Of a DNA stretch of 64,000 nt, positions 1 through 10,072 are shown piece after piece; position 1 is the stretch's first letter, and each line of letters begins with the position of its first letter. The translations under genes and the position numbers were made by a program. Below the pieces are notes generated by a model that was not told where the DNA came from, ran no database searches, and saw only the letters and a list, made by a program, of their open reading frames with translations. Source of the DNA: an uncultured Bacilli bacterium (GTDB lineage Bacteria; Bacillota_I; Bacilli_A; RF39; UBA660); the NCBI GenBank assembly GCA_910577075.1, contig CAJTKV010000005.1:680-64679 (forward strand), written 5' to 3'.

Positions 1-1465
1 TAAAGAATAATTTATTACAATTCATACAATATACTTTATTACTAAATGCGTGAACTTCGCCACCTTGACTACTTCGAGATTTTTCTTGCAATCTTTCTTG
101 TATAGTATAGAAAACATTTTTACTAACAATAGATTCGTGAGTATTATCTTTTCTGATTCTATCTTCATCATCATTTTTAATAACTGTGTGATTTTTGTAA
201 CTTACTGTAGTAGTTTTAAATTGAACTAGATTACCGATATAAACTTCATCGGTTAGTATTTTCTTAACTGTTTGACTAGACCATTTAAACTTTTTTCTTA
301 AATTATGAGAAAACTCTGACTTCAATATTCCGTTTGCTTTATTCATTATAATATTTATTAAGAACTCTTCTTGAGCCCGATTTTCTTTTAATGTAACTTC
401 AAATTGATAATCAATAATATGTGTACGATCGAGTTCTTTAGTATAAGATATTAGCACTTTAGCTGTTTTTGGAAGTAAATCATTTTCTTTTAATAAAATG
501 CAGTCATCTAAACTAAAATTGTTTATATCTAAATTTTCATCTTCACTATAATATATTTTAGTTTTTGTTTCTGTATATTTTTTTAAGACAATATCACATT
601 TATTATTAAGTGTTTTCATATCAGTAGTAATATAATTAAAACTTACTAAATCTTTTAAAATGTGATCTTCATTGTTTGTGAAACTAATATTAAGTATATA
701 TGTACCAGTTTTTTCAATATAACCAAAGTCTAAATATTCTTTTATTAAAGGTATTTTTAACTTACTTCCATTTAGAAGTTTATATTCATAAGGACTTAAT
801 ATCTTATCTTTGTTTAAATTGTTAGCGATTTTTTCTAAACCATTACCAGCCATATACTCATCAAAAATTCTTTTAACAACTTCACAAGCGATAGGATCTA
901 TAAGTAGATGATTTTTATTTTCTGGATCTTTCATTACACCATAACTAGCAAAACTAGCGGTCAATTCGCCATTAGTTCTTTTAGCTCTAAAAGTTTCACG
1001 AATATTTATTGATGTATCTTCTAAATACCACTGATCTGTCATAGCGGTTAATTGACTAGTCTTCTTTGTTTCTTTCCTAGTATTATCGATTTTCTCGATG
1101 TATGTAACAAATCTAACGTTCCACTCGTGGAATAAGTTATGAACATATCTTTCTACCAATTCCATATCACGAGCAAACCTAGACTGTGATTTAACTAAAA
1201 CAATATCAACATTACCTTTTTGACACTCTTTAATCATCTTATTAAAGTCTGGACGTGTAGCGTCTGAACCAGACCAGTCCTCATCATTATAGACACCGAC
1301 AACTTTCCAACCGTTCTCTTCAGCATAGGCCCTTAATAATGTTTCCTGATTTTTGATACTCTCTGATAACTGTTCTTTTGATAATTTGTTTCTGTCTTCA
1401 TCAGACAATCTTAAATATAACACCACCCTTAAAATAGAATTTTCAGCTTTTAATATATTACTCAT
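1..1465 (-). mobile_element. Large serine recombinase (integrase/transposase-type), partial; C-terminus lies beyond the window start
   Basis: The minus-strand ORF starts at ATG 1463-1465. The N-terminal MSNILKAENSILRVVLYLRLSDEDRN contains the Y-x-R-x-S catalytic serine motif of resolvase/invertase-type recombinases. More than 480 aa follow before the window ends, consistent with the large recombinase extension. Confidence 0.8.
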
Positions 1466-1890
1466 AAAAACAACTCCTCATTTTTAGTCGTAATTTCAAG
1501 CTCATATAAATTATAACGCGCGATCACCAAAAATTCAGCCCCCAAGAGTTCTACTTTCGCGTCTTTTTATATATTCAAAATACTTTTTATTAAAAATCAT
1601 TTTTAATTCTTCTTCTGTAGGGGTGGTGTTATTAGTTATAAACTTTTCAGTATATATATATTTTGTTTCCTTTTTATTCTTTTTCTTTATAATTATTACC
1701 CCCCTTAAACTTTTATTAGTGTTTGTAATATAATATTCATACCAATCAAAAAAAGACTAGGCCACTGCCCAATCAATAAAATAAATTATACTAATAAATA
1801 CTAATAAACTAATAGTTTGCAACTCCATCAATTTACTAATAGTATTATACGTGCTATAATATAAGTAATAGTCAAATAAAGGTGATAAAT

Positions 1891-1986
1891 ATGTCAAAGT
1901 GGTTTAAAGAGCATAAAAAAACAATAGGCTGGATAATAATCCTAATAGGTGTAGTTGTTGCTTGTGCAATAAATTTATTGTGGTAA
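1891..1986 (+). CDS. Small hydrophobic peptide (31 aa), KK-rich N-terminus plus one TM
   Basis: RBS AAGGTGA upstream; translates to MSKWFKEHKKTIGWIIILIGVVVACAINLLW; lies immediately downstream of the recombinase. Confidence 0.35.
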   Translation: MSKWFKEHKKTIGWIIILIGVVVACAINLLW

Positions 1987-2015
1987 GTTACAATTTGAAA
2001 GTGAGATGAAATATT

Positions 2016-2160
2016 GTGAAAAATAAAAAACTAAAGAATTGGATAATTGCCATTATAGTTGCAATTTTGTATCTATCAGTAAGTTTTATATTTGATATAT
2101 GGGCATTCTCTTGGTTTATATGGGTTGTCTATGGAATTTATAGATTTATTGTTAAATAAT
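2016..2160 (+). CDS. Small hydrophobic peptide (~47 aa, GTG start), paralogue-like of the 1891 peptide
   Basis: Translates to (M)KNKKLKNWIIAIIVAILYLSVSFIFDIWAFSWFIWVVYGIYRFIVK. It has the same Lys-rich-then-TM layout, and a third similar hydrophobic ORF follows at about 2240-2400. Confidence 0.3.
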
Positions 2161-2621
2161 AAAATTACAAGCTTATCGAGGTGATGAAAATATGAAAAAA
2201 TATATGCTATAAGACAAATTATTGTGTCTTTTACAGCATCTATGTTTCTCACTTGGACTTTTTTTAAAACTGGACTCTGTGGAAAAATAATTATAATTCC
2301 ATTTTTGATATGTTCATTTGCTATGATGATGGAAAAATATTTTTATTACTTAGTAAAAGACAAATATCTAATATCTTTAAATATATATTTCGTATAAGTT
2401 TTTTGTCTGTGTATTTGGACTTTCATCGTATATGATTTATTATTCTATACAAATAAAAGTTATTCAACACTAAGAATCGTAGCAGAATTTATATTATTTG
2501 ATACTCATTTTTTAATAAAAAATGAAAACTTTAAAAGCAAATTTATGAAAAAATTGCTTTTTTTCAAAATTTTGGAACTTTTTTCAAAAAAATATGGATT
2601 ATTATATTGTAGGTGATAAAT

Positions 2622-3164
2622 ATGACTAGTCAATTAAACCTATATAAATTTAATGAGATATATGATAAGACACATTTAGATTTGCTTAAATATGTAGTTA
2701 TCAAATGTCATAACATTAATGATACAAATGACATTATTCAAGAAACATATTTAGAATTTTGGAACATTTTAAATAAAAAAGAATTATCAGATGTTAATAT
2801 TAAAAGTTATCTTATAGGTATAGCAAATAATAAAATTAAAAAACATTATACATTACTTCAAAAGTTTAAAACGATTTCTTTGTTTGAAACAAACGATAAA
2901 GACAAAGAATTAATCGAAACTTTAGAAGATGGTATGAATATAAATGAAATTATTATTCAGATGGACAATTGGAATACAATTTGGCAATTTATAAAAAGCA
3001 AAAAAAATCAAGATATTCCAAAGGTATTTTATTTATACTATAAGTTGGAATTAAGCATCAAAGAAATTTCAAAAGAATTACAAAGAAGTGAATCTTATAT
3101 AAAGCATTTAATTTATAGAAACTTGAAAGAATTACAGAATAATTTTGGAAGTGGGGGGAAGTAA
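2622..3164 (+). CDS. ECF-type RNA polymerase sigma factor (sigma-70 regions 2 and 4)
   Basis: AGGTGA RBS then ATG at 2622. Region-2-like DIIQETYLEFW and a C-terminal HTH LELSIKEISKELQRSESYIKHLIYRNLKEL. About 180 aa. Confidence 0.75.
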   Translation: MTSQLNLYKFNEIYDKTHLDLLKYVVIKCHNINDTNDIIQETYLEFWNILNKKELSDVNIKSYLIGIANNKIKKHYTLLQKFKTISLFETNDKDKELIETLEDGMNINEIIIQMDNWNTIWQFIKSKKNQDIPKVFYLYYKLELSIKEISKELQRSESYIKHLIYRNLKELQNNFGSGGK

Positions 3165-3875
3165 ATGACAAATAAAGAAAAATTAAAACAAGCAATGGAG
3201 CAAGATATAAACCCTCAAGATTACTATAAAGAAATAATCAAAAAGATAGAGAAAGAAGATAAAATGAAAAAAGAAAAGAATTTATGGAAATGGTCTTTTG
3301 TATCAATTTGTTTAATAGCAATTATTAGTGGTGTATTGTTGATTAATGATAACAATAAGCAACTAAAACCTAATATATATAAGCCAAATATAGAAACAAA
3401 AGATAATATTAACTTATATATTAATGACATAAGTAAAATGACTCAAGGAGTATTAAGTAGCGATGCAGATGTTAAAATAACAACTATGGAAAATATTTCA
3501 TATTTTAAAGAAATAGTTGGTATAAAAATTCCAAGTGATTTAGATAATAAAGAAGCACATGAAATATATGTTAAGCCTGATAGGGATAGTCAAGAATATA
3601 ATGTATTGCAAAGTTACGTGGTTAATTATTCAAATACAGAGAATGATAGAAATATAATAGTTTCATTCTCTAAAGATAATAAACCTATTAGAGATTATTA
3701 TTTTTCGGAAGAAGTAAGTAGAACATCTAATATAAATAATCTCGAGTTAAAAATATTCAAATATAACGAATTATATTTTACGGAGTTTAATTATAAAGGT
3801 ATCAACTTCGACATTGAAACTTCAAATATTTCTGAACAAGAATTAACAAATTTATTATTATCTATAATTAAGTAA
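3165..3875 (+). CDS. Putative membrane-anchored anti-sigma factor (single TM, extracytoplasmic domain)
   Basis: Start codon abuts the sigma-factor stop (TAAATG). Cytoplasmic N-terminus, one TM (WKWSFVSICLIAIISGVLLI) and a roughly 170-aa outside domain. This is the typical sigma/anti-sigma operon layout. Confidence 0.5.
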   Translation: MTNKEKLKQAMEQDINPQDYYKEIIKKIEKEDKMKKEKNLWKWSFVSICLIAIISGVLLINDNNKQLKPNIYKPNIETKDNINLYINDISKMTQGVLSSDADVKITTMENISYFKEIVGIKIPSDLDNKEAHEIYVKPDRDSQEYNVLQSYVVNYSNTENDRNIIVSFSKDNKPIRDYYFSEEVSRTSNINNLELKIFKYNELYFTEFNYKGINFDIETSNISEQELTNLLLSIIK

Positions 3876-3886
3876 ATTATCGAGCA

Positions 3887-3917
3887 GATCACATTTAATA
3901 GTGATCTTTTTTCTTAC
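3887..3917 (+). terminator. Rho-independent terminator of the sigma/anti-sigma operon
   Basis: GATCAC-ATTTAATA-GTGATC hairpin followed by TTTTTTCTT. Confidence 0.5.
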
Positions 3918-3943
3918 AAATAAAAAGACTATATATCTTATTG

Positions 3944-4120
3944 TCAGTATTTAAAAAGGAAAAAGAGCTTAAAATTACAATCTTTATTAGAAGAATTAAC
4001 CAATCGTGCAGTTGCGCCTGTTGCTCCGGTTGCTCCAGTTGCTCCTGTAGCACCTCTTGGTCCAGTTGGGCCAGTACATGGTTGTGGACATCTATTTCCA
4101 CATTGACAGCAATTATTCAT
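3944..4120 (-). CDS. Cys-rich micro-protein (58 aa) with seven collagen-like G-X-T/R triplets
   Basis: RBS GGAAAG then ATG at 4118-4120. Translates to MNNCCQCGNRCPQPCTGPTGPRGATGATGATGATGATARLVNSSNKDCNFKLFFLFKY. The DNA carries a 9-nt tandem repeat (GCTCCNGTT). Confidence 0.4.
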   Translation of the reverse strand: MNNCCQCGNRCPQPCTGPTGPRGATGATGATGATGATARLVNSSNKDCNFKLFFLFKY

Positions 4121-4209
4121 CTAATCACTTTCCTTTCTAGTATAATTTATGATTATGCTAGAAAAAAGTATCAACTTTTGTCTTAATTAGAAATAAAATA
4201 TACATATAT

Positions 4210-4239
4210 ATTTAAAAAACACCTTAAGCAAGGTGTTTT
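4210..4239 (-). terminator. Terminator hairpin overlapping the stop of the 84-aa gene
   Basis: AAAACACCTT-GCTT-AAGGTGTTTT followed by TT on the minus strand. Confidence 0.45.
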
Positions 4240-4478
4240 AGTTCTGTATTATATTCTGGGAATAAGCTTAATTTAGAATCGAGAATGTGATTCCACTTAT
4301 TACAAATATCTTCTAATAGATCTGGATCCATTCGAGAAATATCTCCCAATTCAAAGATTTTTGATGCCTCTTCTATGACGCTTTGGATACTTTCTAGTTC
4401 ATCTGGTGATGAAATACTGTCATCATTTGAGTTTGATAAGCAATTTCTTAGTTGGTTTATTTTATCTTGTATAGTCAT
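4224..4478 (-). CDS. Hypothetical acidic protein (84 aa)
   Basis: AAGGAG RBS, TTGTAA-17-TAAAAT promoter upstream, and a terminator at its end. Confidence 0.5.
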   Translation of the reverse strand: MTIQDKINQLRNCLSNSNDDSISSPDELESIQSVIEEASKIFELGDISRMDPDLLEDICNKWNHILDSKLSLFPEYNTELKHLA

Positions 4479-4549
4479 ATCTCTTATCTCCTTAAAATAA
4501 TTTTATCATTTATAGGTCTTTTTTACAATAAAAAAGGGTTAAATTTTTA

Positions 4550-5365
4550 TTAAAATCTAACCTCATTCATATTGGATTGATCATTGTATAAATCTTCGAA
4601 TTTACCTTTGCGACTAGTAAACATTAAGATACCTAGTCCGACGATAAACATTATAACTGAGACAATTTGCGCGATTTTAAATCCACCGAGCATAAGAGCA
4701 TCTGTTCTACTCATTTCAATAAAGAATCTCAAAGTTCCATAGATCACTAAATAGGAAGCTGTAAGTGTTCCAACTTTAATATATTTTCCACGTCTAACTA
4801 AGAGCAATATGATAAAAGCGACAAAGCAGACTAGGGATTCATATAGGAAAGTTGGCGTATAGACAACTCCGTCAATAGTCATTCCATCAATTATGAAATC
4901 AGGAATAGCAAGACGTTTAAGTAACTCGACTGTTGTGGCTGCTCCATGAGCTTCTTGATTGAAGAAGTTTCCCCATCTTCCGATAGCTTGTCCTAGTAAT
5001 AAAGGTACAACGACAAAATCAAGTATGCGAATTGTCCTGACATTGTATTTTTTGCAGTATAGGATTACCGTAATAAGGCCGAATAATAGACCACCATGAA
5101 TAGCTAAACCGCCATTCCATATTTTAAATATCTCTAAGTAATTACCACTAAACATATCCCAGTTAAATACTACATAGTATAACCTTGCTCCAATCACGCC
5201 AAATATTAATGCCCAAAAGAGCATATTAAAGATAAATTCTTTCTTTACTTTAAATCTTTCTGCTTCTTTTTCTACTAGCACTAATACTAAAAAACAAGCT
5301 AGCAATATTAATGCGGAATACCAGCGTACTTCAAAGTTTCCAATCGTCACTAAAACGGGGTTCAT
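4550..5365 (-). CDS. lgt: Prolipoprotein diacylglyceryl transferase
   Basis: Motifs GNFEVRWYS, GGLAIHGG and GRWGNFFNQE; multi-TM protein. The start is placed at MNPVLVTIGN, which has an AGGAGTGA RBS. Confidence 0.85.
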   Translation of the reverse strand: MNPVLVTIGNFEVRWYSALILLACFLVLVLVEKEAERFKVKKEFIFNMLFWALIFGVIGARLYYVVFNWDMFSGNYLEIFKIWNGGLAIHGGLLFGLITVILYCKKYNVRTIRILDFVVVPLLLGQAIGRWGNFFNQEAHGAATTVELLKRLAIPDFIIDGMTIDGVVYTPTFLYESLVCFVAFIILLLVRRGKYIKVGTLTASYLVIYGTLRFFIEMSRTDALMLGGFKIAQIVSVIMFIVGLGILMFTSRKGKFEDLYNDQSNMNEVRF

Positions 5366-5443
5366 TTCTATCACTCCTCTATTCTTAATTATAAAATATA
5401 TATAATTTTTTTGCAATTACAACCAAGAAAAAATGTTAATAAC

Positions 5444-8263
5444 TTATTTGTTATTAACATTTAGTTTTCTCTTTAAAAATTCTCCGGTATAGGATTCTTT
5501 AATTTTGGCAACTTGTTCGGGAGTTCCCGTTGCAACAATGGTACCTCCACCATCGCCTCCATCGGGACCTAAATCAATGATATAATCGGCAACTTTAATG
5601 ACATCAAGATTATGCTCAATTACGATAACTGTATCGCCATTGTCGACGATTCTTTGAAGTATTACTAGTAACTTCTTTATATCATCTGAGTGAAGTCCTG
5701 TCGTTGGTTCATCTAAGATAAATACGGATTTTCCAGTTGGCTTTTTTTGTAATTCTTTGGCTAATTTTACGCGACCTGCTTCTCCTCCAGATAATGTAGG
5801 AGCAGATTGTCCTAATTTGGCATACGATAATCCAACGTCCATTAGAACTTGTAATTTATTTTTTACCTTAGGAACACTGGAGAAAAATTCTATAGCTTCT
5901 TCGACACGCATCTCTAAAACTTCGGCTATATTTTTTCCTTTAAATTTAACATCTAGGGTTTCGGAGTTAAAGCGCGTTCCATGACATACGTCACAAGGAA
6001 CATAGACATCTGGAAGAAAGTGCATTTCAATTTTCTTTACTCCATCTCCCCAGCAGGCTTCACACCTTCCGCCTTTAACATTAAAAGAAAATCTTCCCTT
6101 GTCATAGCCTCGGATTTTAGATTCCTTCATTTCAGCGAAGACACTTCGAATATCATCAAATACACCTGTATAAGTTGCCGGATTACTTCTTGGCGTTCTT
6201 CCTATTGGATCTTGAGTTATTTGTACAACTTTATCAATCTGTTCAAGCCCCTGTATAGATTTATACTTACCTATATTTACTTTTGAATTATAGACACTTT
6301 TTTGAAGGGCTTTGCATAATATTTCATTAACTAAAGACGATTTACCTGATCCAGAGACACCTGTAACACAGGTAAATGTTCCTAGAGGAAATTTAACATT
6401 AATATTTTTAAGATTATTTTCTTTAGCGCCCTTAATAGTAATAAATTCGCCATTTCCTTTGCGGCGCTTTTTAGGTACTTCTATGGACTCTTTTCCCGAT
6501 AAATATCGTCCAGTTATAGAGTTATCACATGCGGCAACCTCTTTGGGAGTTCCAGCAGCAACCACATAGCCACCATTTGCTCCAGCAACTGGACCAATGT
6601 CAATTAAATAATCGGCTTCCATCATCGTATCTTCATCGTGTTCAACAACGATTAGAGTATTTCCCAGATCACGCATTTTCTTTAAACTTGCAATTAGACG
6701 ATCATTATCCTTTTGATGGAGTCCGATACTAGGTTCATCTAAGACATATAATACGCCACTTAATTGAGAACCTATTTGTGTTGCTAGTCTTATTCTTTGC
6801 GCTTCACCGCCCGAAAGAGTACTCGCTGGTCTTGATAATGTCAAATAATTTAAACCAACGTTATCTAAAAAGTTAAGGCGTGATTTAATTTCCTTAATTA
6901 TTAAATTGCTTATTTCCAATTGTGTTTTATTTAATTTTAAATTATCAAAGAAGGCAATCAAGTCTTTAATAGACATGTTAGTTACTTCAAAGATATTCTT
7001 TTTTCCTACTTTAACTGTTAAGATTTTTTCTTGAAGACGAGAACCCTTACAAGTTGGACAGGTGTTCTCCTCCATATATCCATCTATCCAATCGCGAATC
7101 CATCCACTGTTAGTTTCGATATAGCGTCTCTCTAAATTAACTACTATTCCTTCATAATTTTCTGTTGTATATCTCTTATTGCCGTTTTTAGAAGTATATT
7201 CAAAGTTAAATTCTTGCTTAGTTCCATATAGAATTATATCTAATTTATCCTTTGGCAAATCCTTTATAGGCTTACTTAAATCTATATTCAATTCTTTAGC
7301 AATTGTAAATAATCTCTTGGTTTCGATATTATCATCGATAGTCATAGATTTAATGGCACCATCTAATATTGAGATATTTTTATCAGGAATTAGATTATCT
7401 AAAGAGATATGTTTGGTTATTCCCAATCCTTTACACATAGGACAGGCACCATAAGGAGCATTGAAGGAAAATATTCTCGGCTCTAATTCGGGTAAAGAAA
7501 AATCACAGTCAGGACAGGCATATTTCTCACTCATAAGAATCTCTTTGTCCCCAATAACATTAATTATAACTTTTCCATCAGCTAGTTTTGTAGATGTTTC
7601 GATGGCTTCAAAAATTCTACTACGTTCATCTGAGGATACAACAATACGGTCAACAACGACATCAATGTTGTCCTTTTTATTCTTTTCAAGGACTATTTCA
7701 CCTGAAAGATCCTGAGTAGCTCCATTAACTCTTACTCTGGTAAATCCATCTTTTCTTAACTTATCAAATAAATCTTTATGGGTTCCCTTTTCTCCATGAA
7801 CAACGGGAGATAATATCTCGATTTTTGTCTTTTCTTCTAAAGTTAAAACGCGATTTGTCATCTCCTCTATACTTTGGGAAGTTATTGGGATATTATGATT
7901 AGGACAATAAGGAATGCCAATACGTGCAAAGAGCAATCTTAAATAATCGTATATTTCCGTTACTGTTCCTACTGTACTTCGGGGATTATTATTAGTAGTT
8001 TTTTGATCTATGGAAATACTAGGACTTAAGCCTTCAATGGAATCAACATTGGGCTTTTCTGATCCTCCTAGAAATTGACGGGCATATGCTGATAGACTTT
8101 CGACGTATCTTCTTTGACCTTCCGCATAAATAGTATCAAATGCCAAACTACTCTTACCAGAACCAGATACACCAGTTATTACGACTAATTCATTTTTAGG
8201 TATTTCAATATTAATGTTTTTTAAATTATTTTCTCTTGCACCTTTGACAATTATTTTATCCAT
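5444..8263 (-). CDS. uvrA: Excinuclease ABC subunit A
   Basis: Two ABC ATPase modules (GVSGSGKSSL twice; LSGGEAQR and LSGGEAGR signatures) and Zn-finger Cys pairs, in about 940 aa. The start is at MDKIIVKGARENNLKNI. Confidence 0.95.
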   Translation of the reverse strand: MDKIIVKGARENNLKNINIEIPKNELVVITGVSGSGKSSLAFDTIYAEGQRRYVESLSAYARQFLGGSEKPNVDSIEGLSPSISIDQKTTNNNPRSTVGTVTEIYDYLRLLFARIGIPYCPNHNIPITSQSIEEMTNRVLTLEEKTKIEILSPVVHGEKGTHKDLFDKLRKDGFTRVRVNGATQDLSGEIVLEKNKKDNIDVVVDRIVVSSDERSRIFEAIETSTKLADGKVIINVIGDKEILMSEKYACPDCDFSLPELEPRIFSFNAPYGACPMCKGLGITKHISLDNLIPDKNISILDGAIKSMTIDDNIETKRLFTIAKELNIDLSKPIKDLPKDKLDIILYGTKQEFNFEYTSKNGNKRYTTENYEGIVVNLERRYIETNSGWIRDWIDGYMEENTCPTCKGSRLQEKILTVKVGKKNIFEVTNMSIKDLIAFFDNLKLNKTQLEISNLIIKEIKSRLNFLDNVGLNYLTLSRPASTLSGGEAQRIRLATQIGSQLSGVLYVLDEPSIGLHQKDNDRLIASLKKMRDLGNTLIVVEHDEDTMMEADYLIDIGPVAGANGGYVVAAGTPKEVAACDNSITGRYLSGKESIEVPKKRRKGNGEFITIKGAKENNLKNINVKFPLGTFTCVTGVSGSGKSSLVNEILCKALQKSVYNSKVNIGKYKSIQGLEQIDKVVQITQDPIGRTPRSNPATYTGVFDDIRSVFAEMKESKIRGYDKGRFSFNVKGGRCEACWGDGVKKIEMHFLPDVYVPCDVCHGTRFNSETLDVKFKGKNIAEVLEMRVEEAIEFFSSVPKVKNKLQVLMDVGLSYAKLGQSAPTLSGGEAGRVKLAKELQKKPTGKSVFILDEPTTGLHSDDIKKLLVILQRIVDNGDTVIVIEHNLDVIKVADYIIDLGPDGGDGGGTIVATGTPEQVAKIKESYTGEFLKRKLNVNNK

Positions 8264-8365
8264 TTTAACACCACCAAATTTCCTTAATATTTTACCACAA
8301 AAACCCGATTTGCAAACATTAAAATTTGATGTTATAATACGTTTCATTAAGAAAAGGGGAATTTT

Positions 8366-9424
8366 ATGGAGAGTATGTCAACAAATTACGATATGTGGAA
8401 TCCTTATACACTTAGACAAGCTAGAGCTTCTTTGCTAAATATGAACAGTTCTAAGGAAGATAATGACGAGTTAATGATTATTACATACCTTTTAAATAAT
8501 GACTGTAAAATATGTGAAAGAAGTGATGATTCTGACTTTGCTAAAGTGTTTGCTATCAATAATCACTTATTTGAAGAAGATTATAGAGAATATATGAATT
8601 ATATTATCGAGTGTTATGATTTTCAAAAAGATAGAGAGAAAAAGGAACAAGAAGATAATATGGGTGAAAGATTGAATGTTAGACCTTTTGCTAAATTAGA
8701 TGTCTCTTATGAATATATAATGGCTAAATTAGAGAGATTTATGGATAGTCTTGATAATAAATGGTATGATATATTCTATGAACTATATTTAAATAGAAGA
8801 GATATTATTAAATTATCTAAAGATGCAACAGCAACTTTATATCTTCCAGAAAGTGATTTATGGCTTGCCAATGTAGAAAAGAGAGATTCAATTGAGGACT
8901 TTGCAAATGTTGCTCATATCTATGGGGAAGGAATTGCAGCTAAATTACGCAGAAGATGTGAAAAAACACCAGACAGTAATATCTTGATTCAGGCATTTGC
9001 TAAAGCAATACAATATATATTTATTACCAAATTAGATGATTTTGGTATTCAAAGAGAGGTAACAAATTTTTTTACCTATGATTATAATGAATGCAAAAAA
9101 AGAGTTGATGAGGTAATTGATAGATTTGCCATTAATGCATATATTACTAATCCTAAATCAGCTAAAGAAGTTGCTAGTAAATTGAATGCGCGTTTTGGAA
9201 CTCATGTAAGTAAAACCAGTATTGAAAATCTCTACAAGAAATCGGTTAAAAGAGATATTCAAAAAATTATGATTGATTTGATATTAAGAGAGTTATTGGC
9301 AATTTATCAAAATGATCAAGATAAATTTATTAATGATATGAATGCTTTAGTTACCAGCGAAGAATGTCCAACGAAGACATTGGAGAAATTAAATATCGAA
9401 TTGAACTCAATATATAAAAGATAG
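8366..9424 (+). CDS. Hypothetical protein (352 aa), possible C-terminal HTH
   Basis: RBS AAAAGGGGA. Divergent from uvrA. The C-terminal EVASKLNARFGTHVSKTSIENLYKKSVKR resembles a sigma-region-4/HTH segment, but no catalytic motifs were recognised. Confidence 0.45.
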   Translation: MESMSTNYDMWNPYTLRQARASLLNMNSSKEDNDELMIITYLLNNDCKICERSDDSDFAKVFAINNHLFEEDYREYMNYIIECYDFQKDREKKEQEDNMGERLNVRPFAKLDVSYEYIMAKLERFMDSLDNKWYDIFYELYLNRRDIIKLSKDATATLYLPESDLWLANVEKRDSIEDFANVAHIYGEGIAAKLRRRCEKTPDSNILIQAFAKAIQYIFITKLDDFGIQREVTNFFTYDYNECKKRVDEVIDRFAINAYITNPKSAKEVASKLNARFGTHVSKTSIENLYKKSVKRDIQKIMIDLILRELLAIYQNDQDKFINDMNALVTSEECPTKTLEKLNIELNSIYKR

Positions 9425-9463
9425 TCTAGCGACTATCCTTTTTTTATAAAAAATCACAAATAT

Positions 9464-9979
9464 TTATCTGGATATTCTCATGTGAATATCTTCTTCAGTT
9501 TTGCCTATTCCATCTCTTATAAAACCAACTCTTTCATAACAATGAATTGCCTTTGAGTTGGTATCATAGACATTTAATTCCATTCCGTCTAAATCTAATT
9601 CTTCATAAGCATATTTTAACATGGCTTTAATTGATTCTGTACCATAATGCTTATCCTGCTTTGAAGCAGTAATTGAAATTCCTAATTCTCCAATATTGTC
9701 GTTTATTTCCATTATCTCAATATTACCGATATATTCACCTGTGGCTTTTTCTATCATAGAAAAACACAAAGCACCTTCAGCCAATTTGGAATTTACCCAA
9801 TCTAACTCTTGTTCATAAGTATATGTTCGAATTTTATGACTGATTTTGCTAGCTACATCGGGATCATTTACCATTGTCAAATAATCACTTATTAATTTTG
9901 CATCTAATTTTACGTAATAAATATTTTCTGATTCAAAGACAATTTCATACTTTGTATTAATAAAATTTGATTCTTGCAT
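9464..9979 (-). CDS. GNAT-family N-acetyltransferase (RimJ/RimL-like)
   Basis: Acetyl-CoA binding core GNIEIMEI...GELGISI..KHYGTESIKAMLKYAYEELDLDGMELNVYDTNSKAIHCYERVGF. AAGGAGG RBS before MQESNF. Confidence 0.7.
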   Translation of the reverse strand: MQESNFINTKYEIVFESENIYYVKLDAKLISDYLTMVNDPDVASKISHKIRTYTYEQELDWVNSKLAEGALCFSMIEKATGEYIGNIEIMEINDNIGELGISITASKQDKHYGTESIKAMLKYAYEELDLDGMELNVYDTNSKAIHCYERVGFIRDGIGKTEEDIHMRISR

Positions 9980-10072
9980 TTTATATTCCTCCTTGACGTT
10001 CATTATATCATACTTGTTGAGGGAATATGGAGATTTTAAGCAATTTCGAAAATTTCATAAAAAAAGACATCG

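Noticed and set aside
1530-1545. 8-nt match (GATCACCA) to the 3' end of tRNA-Glu, considered as a possible att direct repeat
   Set aside because: It is too short and in inverted orientation relative to the tRNA, which is consistent with chance.
3944-4120. Calling the collagen-like peptide a BclA exosporium protein
   Set aside because: It has only seven G-X-Y triplets and no C-terminal C1q-like domain. The resemblance is limited to repeat composition.
3941-4186. Plus-strand 81-aa Cys/Ser-rich ORF overlapping the collagen-like micro-ORF
   Set aside because: It is the mirror reading of the same 9-nt repeat, with a TTG start and no RBS. The minus-strand ORF has a proper RBS.
5757-8438. Multiple 60-110-aa ORFs antisense to uvrA
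   Set aside because: They lie entirely inside a well-supported conserved gene and have no RBSs. They are typical AT-rich antisense artefacts.
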